Below are positions 1 through 10,928 of a stretch of DNA of 64,000 nt, one piece after another. Source of the stretch: Eutreptiella sp. 'Long Island Sound 2002' (taxonomy: Eukaryota > Protista > Euglenida); assembly GCA_964036045.1 (NCBI GenBank), contig OZ038378.1, positions 170,562,001 to 170,626,000 on the forward strand, written 5' to 3'. A model generated the notes under the pieces. That model saw only the letters and a list, made by a program, of their open reading frames with translations. It made no database searches and had not been told where the DNA came from. Made by a program: the position numbers and the translations under genes. How positions within the stretch are numbered: position 1 is the stretch's first letter; each line of letters opens with the position of its first letter.

Positions 1-11
1 CCGAGGCCATC

Positions 12-1913
12 ATGAGGCACGACCCCCACGACTGCAGTGACGCCCATCCCGTCGACAGCCCCTGCCCACCCAAACAAATGCTCTGGCCTTTGGTCCCCCC
101 CATCACTTGGCAGCCCGAAGGCGCTGCGGATGCAGCGTCCCTCGACACACCGCCCGACGTGAGCCCCCGCGGCGGTGCGAGCCCCCCTATTGTCGGTGCA
201 CACCACTGCCGCACCTCCGCGCTCCTGCAGCGCCTCTCCCTGGGGTCCCCCCGCAGCCGCGCCGGGGCCCCTCCCGCCTGCACCGCCGAGCCCCACGCCT
301 CCGCCCCAGACTCGCCCCGCAAGCCCCAGACGGCCGCGTCGTTCCGCAAGCCCCGCGACTCCCCCCGCGGCCACGCCCACGCGCCCCCCGCCGAGTCGCA
401 CGCGCAGTCGCGGCCCCGCGACGCCCCCTGCGAGTCCCCCTCCTCCGACCCCCAGCCCTCGGCCTCGTTCCGCAAGAGGCCCTGCCGCTCCCCCTCCGGC
501 TCCCCCGGCGGCCACGTCCACGTGCCCGCCCTCCACAGCGCCCTCGAGCCCCACGCCTCGCCCTCCGCCTCGTTCCGCAGGCCCCCCCCCCGGGGCCCCG
601 CGGGGTGCCACATCCCCGCCCTCGTCGGCCCGTCCCCCTCCGACGACGCCGCCCTGACGCGCCACCAGTCCCGGCCCCGCATGTCGGCCCTGCCCTCCCA
701 AGTCAGCCCCCGCGGCCGCTACGCCCTCTCCTCCCTCCAGCGCTCCGAGCCCACCGCCTCCTTCCTGAGCTCCCTCCACAGCCACGCCAAGGGGCACGCC
801 CCCGCGCCGCTGCGGCCCCACGGGGGGGCCCTCCCGGGGGGGCCCGCCGAGCCCCCCCACGCCCACCCCGACGCCCTCCCCCCCGGCCCCGCCCACTCCT
901 TCCGCACACGCCCCCGCTCCCCCCCGTCCGCCTCGACCCCGCCGCCAGACGGCCCCGAGCCCTCCGCGTCGCCGCAGGGCTCCGAGTCCGGTCCGCCCCC
1001 CTCCCCCCGCGGCCTCCTCGTGCCCCAGTCCTCCGCCTGGCGCTTCACCCGCGAGGCGACCGACCCCGACCGCCTCAGCCGCCACGCCCGTCCCCGCCCC
1101 AGCGGCACGCCCTCGTCCTCCCTCGCCCCGGACTCGGACCTGCTCGATCCCGCCCACAAACGGAGCCGGTCCCCCGACAGCCCCTGGTCCGGGGCCGACT
1201 CGCCGCCCCTGCCCCGGCTCGACGCTGCCTCGGCGTCCCCGAAACGCGACCGCGCGCGCGACCGGCCCGACTCGCGGAACGCGGTCCCGACCGCCAAGTG
1301 CGTCCCCCACGGCTCCGGGAAGGACCTGCCGCAGAGCCGCAGGGCCGTCCCGCGCAAGCGCAGCCCCGCGTCGCCGCCCCGCTGCAGCACGATGTCCGGC
1401 CGCGAGTACCAGCGGCTGCTGCACGCCGAGCCCCCGGAGGCCGAGGCGTCGCTGGTGCGCGCCTCGACGATGGTCCTGCCGGGGAAGCCGAAGCGCATGG
1501 GGCTGGAGGCCCTCGGCGACGGCGCCTCCCTCAACGTCCACGGGGACACCACCGCGGGGCTGAACGTCCTCGGGGCCAACGTTGGCAGCCTCCGGGGCTC
1601 CGGCGGGCGCCCCCCGAGCCTCTCGCTGGCGAGCGACGTCCTCGGGGGCGCGACGGCGCCCGGGCCCGGCACGCAGCTGGAGCAGCTGCTGGCGCCCATC
1701 CCCAGCCCGAGTCCGGGGGCGCGCCACCGGGCCCTGACCCCCCAACTCGTGGGCTCCCCGGGCCTGGGCGACGCCCCGGCGTCGCCGGTGCTGGCGAGCC
1801 TCAGCTACCCCCAGGGCAAGGCCCCCCTCCGGGCCTTGCGCGCGCTGACGCCCCAGGGCGACCCCGCACGACGGGTGCTGCCGCAGCCGAATCCGGACTT
1901 CGGCCTCGGCTAA
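12..1913 (+). CDS. Hypothetical Pro/Ser/Arg-rich low-complexity protein (633 aa); may extend upstream of the window
   Basis: 1.9-kb open frame with strong G/C third-position bias (atg agg cac gac ccc cac gac tgc...), ending ggc ctc ggc TAA. Internal peptide repeats (ASFRK/RRP x3, RALTP x2). No recognisable domain. Confidence 0.6.
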   Translation: MRHDPHDCSDAHPVDSPCPPKQMLWPLVPPITWQPEGAADAASLDTPPDVSPRGGASPPIVGAHHCRTSALLQRLSLGSPRSRAGAPPACTAEPHASAPDSPRKPQTAASFRKPRDSPRGHAHAPPAESHAQSRPRDAPCESPSSDPQPSASFRKRPCRSPSGSPGGHVHVPALHSALEPHASPSASFRRPPPRGPAGCHIPALVGPSPSDDAALTRHQSRPRMSALPSQVSPRGRYALSSLQRSEPTASFLSSLHSHAKGHAPAPLRPHGGALPGGPAEPPHAHPDALPPGPAHSFRTRPRSPPSASTPPPDGPEPSASPQGSESGPPPSPRGLLVPQSSAWRFTREATDPDRLSRHARPRPSGTPSSSLAPDSDLLDPAHKRSRSPDSPWSGADSPPLPRLDAASASPKRDRARDRPDSRNAVPTAKCVPHGSGKDLPQSRRAVPRKRSPASPPRCSTMSGREYQRLLHAEPPEAEASLVRASTMVLPGKPKRMGLEALGDGASLNVHGDTTAGLNVLGANVGSLRGSGGRPPSLSLASDVLGGATAPGPGTQLEQLLAPIPSPSPGARHRALTPQLVGSPGLGDAPASPVLASLSYPQGKAPLRALRALTPQGDPARRVLPQPNPDFGLG

Positions 1914-4900
1914 GCTTTGCCCTCTCCCCCCCGACCACCGGGGGCGCAGGGGCCGGCCGCGGCGGCTCTGGGCCCCTGGACGGAGCCGACGGGATGGGGC
2001 TGCCGTGACGTTGTTCCGGGGCGACGCGCGGTCTCCGGTGCAGACCCTCGGGGCGCCCAACGGCTGAAAGAACTGGGCGCTCGAGGACAAGGACAATTTC
2101 ACTCAGTTCCGCAACGGATACCCTTTCTGCGACGAGGGCGATCGCTGCGAGAAGCGCACGCGGCACGCCTCCGCCCCACCCACTCTTGGCCTCAGCGCGT
2201 TGCCTGCGTCCCGGAATACTCCCTCCGGTCACAGCACAGAGAAGGAACCAGCTGCGTCCCATGTACGCCTCAGGCGGGCCCACATCCACGTGATCACGCC
2301 GGGCTCTGCCAGACCCTCCCGGCAAAACAGTCAAGTGCGTAGGTCAGGCATTCGGTATTGTCTGGTGCGCGTGCCCAAAAGCCTCGGTCAGTTCGTGGCA
2401 GGGGCACCCAGTCTTTAGCTCATCTCGAGGGCGGTATTGAGTGGCACTGTTTCTTCTTCGTTCTGCCGTTGAGGGCCGTCCTTACTGACCCCTCCTTCCA
2501 ACGCCCGGCGGTTGCTCTTTGTGTCCCAAACGGTGCGCTGCTGGTCCCGCGCGGGTCCGCCCCCCCTTGCGCACACGCACTGCTACTCTCCCCGGCTATA
2601 CGGGCTACAACACTTCGCCAGACGTGCGCTGGCGAGTCGCGCAAAGACCCACTTCCGGTTTTCATGCCACAAAGGCCCTCCAGGTGCCAGGCTCCCTGTG
2701 GCGGACGCCACCTGTTTTGTCTGGCCCCAACCAACCACTGCTCTGCTCGTTTGCTGACTCTTTTAGTGTCTTGATAACACTTCGCGTGTCCCTCCACGTT
2801 TCTGCGCGGCGGAGGTGCATTCAAAGGGACGCGGGGAGATGGCCCCGCGGACGTCCTTTGCATGACTGCCTTTTGGGGGGGGAGGGGGGGGCAGTAGTGA
2901 GGATCGTACCAGGCTCACTGTGCTGGATCGTGCCTCACCCTCTGGATTTCTGCGCAACAGCTGTGCTCGTACAACGAGAAGTGGCATTGGGTCACAGCAT
3001 CCTTCCCGACCCGCCATCCTCCTCGCGCAAGATGACCCATTGTACATCAATACCCCCTGCCGCCGATGTAAGTGACTCCGACCCGCTGGACGCGCCCGAA
3101 AACGGCCAGGCACCCGTAGATGCCACCTGAGCCCGGCAGGGTTTGGAAGGGACGTGCCGAGCACACATGGAAATCGGCACCATGGCCCCGATTTCATGAT
3201 GACGTTTCTTAGCGTTATTGACCTCAAAACAAGGGAACGCCGCGGTGCCTGCGCCCGGCTAAGCTCGATGTTCAGGCGAAGTGGCGCCAGTGCCCGCTCA
3301 GTCGAGCAATATGTCCTCTGTCACCATCAGAGAGAGTCCGGTGATTGTCGCTTGAGGGCTGTTGGGTCACGCCTTGACTAAGTACCGCCTTCCTATGCCT
3401 AATGACACTTTGCGTGATTTGGCCAACTTGTATGTCACAACGGCAACCAATTTGAGAGACGCAGAAATTGAGTACCGACACTTCCATTTGCCAACCCCAA
3501 TGGAAATCAGCCAGACACAGATTTCTCCCGGGCACTCCGATTGACCCGAAGCACCAACAACTGCCGTGTGAATCAAGGGCAATGTCCAATGGAGACTGTG
3601 CGCCGCTGCAGCATGCTGCAACACCATCGGTGGAGGAGATGATATTGATTCCAAATGCTCCCCAGTGTGTCTAATCCTCACAGCGCGAAATTTGACAAGC
3701 AAGCAAACCCATAACAAAAATGCTGTTGGTGGCCTGCTGACGGCAGCGCCAGCCGCTGCGGAGGCCGCTATGGTCACTGCTGCTTTAATCACAGAAATTT
3801 TTTTCTGCTTCTCCTCATCAACGTCCTTGGATGAATCGTCCACCACCCGCCCGTCGTCGTGTAGTATTGCAGGCAAGCACCATTCGTTGTATGCCGGTCT
3901 TGGACCACACGTTGACAACAGCAGCAGCATACATCTTCTCGCCTCAGATCTGCCTATGGCAATGCCGCTATGGTGGCTCCAAGATTTCGTTTCAACCGGT
4001 TTGGGCAGCCTCAGCCACCCTCTGCTGATTTGCATGATAATGCATGCTGTAGTAAGATCTGTGTGTGCAGCGCGAGCTTCCTGATTTTTTTGTCTCCTCA
4101 TCATTTTCTTCACCAATCCCCTCCTTTCTTTTCTCACTGTATCATGATCTTCAACTCTTGATGCGCAAGAGTGCATGCAAGAGTAGCTGTGTCAGTGATT
4201 GAGACAACGGCTGCGCAAGATGCCCATACTGAAGTGGAAGTACAAATGGGCGTGCTAAGTTTACAAGGCAATGAGAGACAACAGCAACTCAAGGCTTTTG
4301 ATAGGTGGCAATCGGAGGTAGCCATGGTGGACAAGTTGATAAAAGTAGCAAAATAGGGTTTTGAAGGTGGAGAACAGTGCAAGGGATGAACCAAAAACAA
4401 AAAGCGAAGAAGCAAATGGTTTTGGCACAGTCTAGCCTGCTGCTTCTCCGCAATGTTTATTTGGTGTGGCTGTTTGCCACATGCAATGGAGGAGCTGCCC
4501 TCAAAGTGCAATGGAGCAGGGGGGCAGAATTCAGTTGGGTTCGTGCGAATCCTCAGTTTTGGATCTCGCTTCTTCACATCCTTCTTCCTACTCTGCCTGG
4601 TTCTGGAAAGTGTGGCCAAGTGTGCACGCACGCAATGACAACGCTGTGCAACAACGTTCCTCATGAGAGCCCGGTGCTTCTTTGTTCCGGCCACCAGGCC
4701 TGGTGCTCTAGTGAGGGACGGACAAACCCCTACTTGGGATGACTTGAACACCCTGCCTCCCACTTGTGCAGACAGCACCTGGTGCACAGCACCATATGTT
4801 GTTTCTGCCCCCCCCCCCCCCCCCCGGGTGTCCAAGGAATGCCTTGTCCAACGAACACTTCCGTTCGGACCTTATTTTTTGGGACCCAAGTAATTAGATA

Positions 4901-6163
4901 CCGGGTTTAGGGGGGGTGCGTTAGGGACCATTGGACGTTGTTGACTGGGATCGACAATGAGTGTATTTGCTGGGATTTGCTGGGATTTCCGGGTACAATG
5001 TTCCAGGGTCGTGCGCAGGCTACGCCCATATGCAAACAGCACGTGGCTGTTCTGCGACCTTTGGTTCCTTTTGCTGTTGCCAGGGGAGGGAGGGGGGGGG
5101 GGGGTAAGAAGATCGAAGGGATGGTCTTGTGGTCCACTTGCCACACTTTCCTGTTGCGCACTTGCTCACCTTTAGTTTCTGCGTTTCGGTTTGCGACCAC
5201 GTCAGCTTCCGTGGCAGCTGTCATGTTACTGAGTGTGGTCTACCAGTTCAAGGCATGAAAAGAGCAATGGCAGATGGCCACTTGGCCACTTGGTAGTCCC
5301 TTCTTTTTCGTGGTTCATGCGCAGCTGCAGGGGCCTTTTTGTGGGGGTCTGTGCACCGGGTACAGCCGTGTGTAAAGCCTACTTACCATGTGCGTACCGC
5401 CACGCCCCACCCCACCCCCCCCCCGCCGCCGCTTGCACAACGCCCGCCCCTGGTCAAACGGCGCTTTGCTGCTTTTGTACACTGTCTAATGACCACCCTG
5501 CAGTCAAATGATGAAATGTTGTTTGTCGCTGCACAACGCGGGGAGGGGGGCACAGCAACATCCCCGACTTTACGTCTTGGTTTGCATCAGCGTCTGTGAT
5601 ACAAGCGTGACTGCTGGCAAAAGATCGCGCGACGGAATCCGTGGCTCACGTTGTTCTTGGGCCAGGGTTTCAATCTGAGGAGGTGCAGGTGCGTGCATGC
5701 GCCTGGCCTCAGCATGTGTGCATGTGTGGATGTGGTGCTGGATCGCATACCCACTTGAACACTGGACTCAAATGGTGTGCTGGGAGCTATCGGAGTATGT
5801 ACTACTCGGGGCCTGGTGGTTGCGGAACCAACGGGACCTGCGCTCACTGTAAACGGCGTATCTCAGGTGGCAATTGCTGCTTGAATATGTGTGAATGTTG
5901 CATCCCCTTGCATGGCTGTACTCGGGACGTAAACTTCCCTTGTGAACAGATTCTGGTGTACCTTTTTGGGGCCCACGTTCAGATTGTTGCTTTGGTTCAA
6001 ATTGGTTTGCTCGGCAACGTGATAGTTTTTCGGCTGCCACATTCCAAATACAACGAGATATGCACACGGTGTGCACGGACAATTCTGTTGACAAAAGTGG
6101 CGTCAGATGCAAAACAGGTGCACACCAAGAGAATTTTGGAGGGAAGCCCAGCCGCCCAGTGCA

Positions 6164-6775
6164 CGAGGGAAGCTACGGAGACAGCAACAGTCATGGTTGG
6201 AAGGGCAGGCGGGCCTGCTTGAAGCAGTGCACAACCATACAAAAACAAGGGCGGCCAGGGCATACACCGCAGGGCGTTTCAGAACATGGCACCAAAAAGA
6301 GCAGCAGCGTGTCCAGGTTCATTGGGGGTGCAAGCAGCGCCTGTTCCATTTTTTCACAGACAAACTAAACCTGTACAGAGAGGCTAAGCGCCCCAGAAAG
6401 CCCGACCCATTCCTCCCAAGCGAGCACGACACTGATTCGGTGGCATGGACCACTCAGGCCCAGGCGATATCTAGAGCCCCTACACGTCTTTGTGTCATGG
6501 ATACCCATACCCCACAGCCCTCACAAGTCTTTTGTTTTGTTTCTCGCTTTTGCCTGAAATGAAGCACGTGGGACGCCGTCAAGGCGTGGCAGTCACATCC
6601 CGCTGCATCCGCTGGTAACAGTGTATAAGTTTCAAGTATACATGCCACCGTCCTCTGACGGCATGTGGATCCTCCGCACGGGACAATATATGTTGTACTT
6701 TATCTGCCACACAGATCCGGTCCGTCTGACGGAGCGCTTACCAGGCACACGTAAGTCCGAGCCAAAAAAAAAAAA
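6164..6775 (+). mobile_element. 5'-truncated poly(A) retroposon (family A), 612 bp, with perfect 27-bp TSD
   Basis: TGGAGGGAAGCCCAGCCGCCCAGTGCA occurs at 6137-6163 and 6776-6802. The insert ends GTCCGAGCC(A)12. Its 3' ~100 bp match 32650-32741 and 38230-38328. Confidence 0.85.
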
Positions 6776-8311
6776 TGGAGGGAAGCCCAGCCGCCCAGTG
6801 CAAAGCCTATGCAACATGGCCTGCGCCACACTGGGTGTGGTGTATCCCCTCCATCACCATCGCTGCTCGCTACAAGGGACCAACATGGGGGCACAGCACC
6901 CAGCTTTTGGGCGAGCGCACAATTGGCAGCCAGAATCATCGTCATTCGGCAGGGGAGCCATGTGCAGGAACTGAGCAGTGGCGCTGTGGTGGTGGACACA
7001 GGGTGCACATACCACACATTTGCGACACCGGGCTCTGCACGTGTCGTTGTCAAAGGGAATACAACTGTCAACAGCCGCAGAACAACAAAACACAACTCGG
7101 TATTTGATGGCCCCAGCACCGCACCCGAAATGCGGCGCTTGGGCCACAGGTCGTAGGCTCCTGCACCTTGTCCACCTGTTTCGTTCAGTGCGCACACTGC
7201 GTGCGTATCTGGTCGCACTCGGCGTGCGGCACCGGAATTTTCAATGTTTCCTTCGGCCCAATATGGCTGGCGACACAGATCAACGGGTGGTCAAGTGCTT
7301 TTTTGTAAGACTGGATGCAGTGCCACACATGCACTCGTTCAACCTTCAAACAGCATACTGCACCTCCATTCTGTAGAGCTGTAGTGAACGGAGTCATCGG
7401 CTCCACTGCGCATGCACAGCAAACGGAACGGGCGGGAAACCCCAGTTTCGGCGGACAGGGATATTGTGTGGGGTAAGCGGGTGACGAGAGTGATTGTGTC
7501 TGAGGCCGCCTACAGGTGCCCTGCTCAAGTCATGTGGGCGCATGGCAGCGCCTTTGAACAGTATTTGGCAATTGCGTGGGCGCCTGCGGGGCCTTATTGA
7601 ACATTTGTCGCGATGTACTGTTGTGTGTGTTGATGGTGCCATGCCTCCGATAGCAACCATCGTCGTTCTTATGGCCAAGGGACGGTAGGTGTCCAAACCA
7701 CGCTCTTCTTGCTTTAATTTGGAGCCTTTTTTTACATCTGGCAGTTGGCTTCCTGCGACAACAGCTCATCTAGGCACGTCATCCGTTGCAGTACCTGAGG
7801 TCGCCGCTGGCGAGCACATGGGGTCCATCGGGGAGGGTGACAAGGCACTCTTCCAACTAGATGTGACTGCAGGGGACCAGTAAGGCATTCTTGAGTCAAT
7901 GCGCTTGCACCGGCTGTGGAGCCGGCTCCGGTTGGGGTGGCTCGACAGAGCTCCCGCTGCGCACTGATCTCTTTGCCGATGCTATACGTGATTCGCGCAC
8001 CTGTGCCACCTCCATTGTCGGGGCCTTGGGCGACGGTTGTATTTGCCGAATCAGCCCTGCTATCCCTGGGGGAACCGTTTTGTGTTCCCCAACCACAGAA
8101 CCACAGGGGGGGCCTTGGGTCTTTTTTGGGGGCTTTTTTTTTTAACAGCAGTACCAAATGTAAAAAAAACCCCCAGCGCGCCGTAACCCTGCTTGTGATC
8201 TTGCTTCCCCCCCAGTCCAGAGTTCCCAACCCCATAGTGAATGTTGACCAGCTATGCCTGAATGTCGTCTCCCCCTCCCTCCCCGGTACTGATATTGTAT
8301 GCGTCCCAGCG

Positions 8312-8579
8312 TTCAGTCTCCACACCGCTGTCCTTTTCAGCCTACAGTCATTGTGCCTCATGCAACACACTGGGAAGCCTACGGGCGTGGCAGTCTCCCA
8401 CTGCATAACCTGGTTTCAGACTCAGCTAATCCCCACTACGTGTCAGATCCGCTATCACAGTCATTTATGGGATCATCGTATCACCGGACAGCTCTGAACC
8501 TTGATTCCGAGTTGTTGTCTCGGGTACCATATGATGAGCAGGATACACCAGCTCACTTTGATCTGGACCAAGAAAAAAC
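8312..8579 (+). mobile_element. Older copy of poly(A) retroposon family B
   Basis: Aligns closely with 15101-15368 (cagcctacagtcattgtgcctca...cactgggaagcctacgggcgtggcagtctcccactgcataacctggtttcagactcagct...). Degenerate A-tail; no clear TSD. Confidence 0.75.
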
Positions 8580-8736
8580 GTATGCCCTGTTGCAACACTT
8601 GTGCTTGGGTGAGGTATGGGCAGGTTTTTGCATACCCCCCCCCCCCTCTTTTGGCTAAGCTGCCGAACATTGCTGCATATGCATACCAGGACGTGCATGT
8701 GTAGAGCGCTTTGAGACCTGCTTGCGCCCTTTTGGC

Positions 8737-9050
8737 TAAGCTACGGCCTTGTCCAAGCTACAGCGGGTGTAGGGACCGTATTAATTCCGCACCTGATTTA
8801 ATTCAGTACGAAATGCAGTGCAACCGCAAGACATGGTTTTGGTGACAAATCTGGCAATTACATGGAGTCATGGACACATTTGTTCTAATCGCTTGCCTAC
8901 TTGAACCCACAAAGCTCTGATTTTGGGGATATTCGTGCATGATCTTACCCTTTCTTGGTGGTGGCGTTTGTGCCGGTAGTTGTATGTGTCACGCGCAAGC
9001 TACGGCCTTGTCGAAGCTACAGTAGGCGTAGGGACCGTATTACTTCCGTA
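8737..9050. repeat. Dispersed repeat motif (AAGCTAC-G-CCTTGTC-AAGCTACAG-GG-GTAGGGACCGTATT), two copies here and two more at 34780-34880
   Basis: Near-identical 40-50 bp motifs at about 8737-8785, 8997-9045, 34780-34830 and 34850-34880. A related GCGCAAGCACGGGCTTGT motif lies at about 9107, 10965 and 11265. Confidence 0.65.
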
Positions 9051-9993
9051 CTTTTGTGTAGCTTGTACAAGGGGGGTGGGGGTACATTCTTTTGGTACCG
9101 CGTCGCGCGCAAGCACGGGCTTGTTGAAGCACGGCAGCCCGTCTGACCGACTGTTTTCTGTCTTTCAGCTTGCTTGCGCAAGGGGGGGGGGGGGGGTTAC
9201 GAATTGGGCCAGCCACCACTTGCACGCAACATTGAGAATACGCTCTTTTTTCCCAAGTGCCGGAGTTTATGCTTTGACTGCTGCGCAGCCTACAGTGCGG
9301 CTTTCCCTCACCTTTGGTACGTGCTAGTTGCTGGTAGTTACCTACAAGTAAATAGCGACCAAGCAGGTGTCACCCTTGTCGGCCCAGCATTGCATGGCGT
9401 TCGCATGCATTGCTGGCCGATACGCATGCACATTGAACCCCCCCCCTCCACTTGTGCAGCAGTCGCTGTTGCACGTGGAGAAGGTTACAAACCAAAGCAA
9501 CAGGACCAGATGGGTTCTCTGATTTGCACCCTTTGGAGGCGTTTCATACTCAGGATTGAAGGGGATGGATGAGCGGGGTGTCCAGCAGGCGATAACACAG
9601 CCGTAACACGGCCCATTCGAAGTGGGTCGTCAGGCTTGCAGTTGGTGAAGTCCTTTAGGTCATCTTGGAGAGACTGTCTTCAGCAGGCTGCCAAGTGGCG
9701 AACCCGACGACGGTGATTCAGTGGTCCTGGCGATGTCTTTGCTGCCCCTCTCCCCCACCTGCGTGTCAACCACAAACATGCAGCCCCAAAGACAGGCTAT
9801 CGCTGGGAAGGTCTGTCAAGAGGCAGGGGAATGCCTGACGAGTAGCTGTATGCCCCTGGGGTTGATTCATGTTCAGTCACCCCCCTGGCACCAAACTCGC
9901 AGAGAGAGGGAGAGAGGGAAGATGATTCACCTGTAACCACAGCACCGTTTACATGTTGCTTCGAGTTCTTGGAGACAAGCGTAATCGCCTGCT

Positions 9994-10085
9994 CACACAC
10001 ACACACACACACCCACACACACACACGCGCGTGCGCGCCCGCCCGCACGCCCGCCCGCACGCCCGCCCGTCCGCCCGCCCGCACG

Positions 10086-10156
<71 letters not shown>

Positions 10157-10197
10157 GCACGCACGCACGCACGCGCGCACGCACGCACGCACACACA

Positions 10198-10280
<83 letters not shown>
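9994..10280. repeat. Compound (CA)n/(CACG)n microsatellite
   Basis: Direct reading. Confidence 0.97.
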
Positions 10281-10281
<1 letters not shown>

Positions 10282-10837
10282 ATATTACCAAGACAGATAC
10301 ACAATGCACGCAAAACGCCTCCCCCGTTTTGGCAGTATTTGCTTTGTACCCTGACTCCGAAGAACATTGGTTTGGTTTTGCACCGCTCGCAATATGCGAA
10401 GGGGCCACCACATCTTGCGGGTCGAAGAACTGTATTGCCTGCAGACAGAGGTTCAAGATCCAAATCTTTCAATTTTCTCGCTTATTCGGGGTCGGTCAGG
10501 CAGCAACCAACCAGCCAAGGGCAGAACCAATTTCCCGTGACACCCACGAGGGAGGACAGCAAATGGAACATAGTATGATAGTATGATGACAAAGGGTGTC
10601 CTTGAGGGCGGACGGCACCAAACAACATCGGGTGCCACTGCAAGTAACCGCCCGGTGTGGGCCGACAGACGAACTTCCAGCTTGCTCCCCGTGTCCCCAT
10701 CCTCGCTACAGAAAGGCGTCTAGCCACATGACTTTCCCTGTTTTGATGGCCTGATGAGGTGTTTTGAAGCCAGAGCCTTTTGACTGCCTGCTGTGCCCGT
10801 CCACATTGGTCGTCGGTTCATTGGTTTCTCTCACAAA

Positions 10838-10868
<31 letters not shown>

Positions 10869-10877
10869 CGTGTGTGC

Positions 10878-10908
<31 letters not shown>

Positions 10909-10928
10909 TGTGTGTGTGTGTGTGTGTG
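10838..10928. repeat. (TG)n/(TGCG)n microsatellite
   Basis: Direct reading. Confidence 0.95.

Noticed and set aside
107-2008. Second 633-aa ORF overlapping ORF 12-1913
   Set aside because: It is a shadow frame in about 75% GC DNA with Arg/Pro/Ala-rich composition; the GC3 pattern favours the frame starting at 12.
6715-6765. Hammerhead ribozyme or 5S-derived head in retroposon family A
   Set aside because: CTGACGGAG/CTGACCGAG does not fit CUGANGA, there is no GAAA core, and the 5S similarity is too weak.
9797-10586. His/Thr- or Val/Cys-repeat ORFs (also at 10706-11174, 34783-35423, 50045-50958, 54630-55141)
   Set aside because: These are translations of (CA)n/(TG)n microsatellites.
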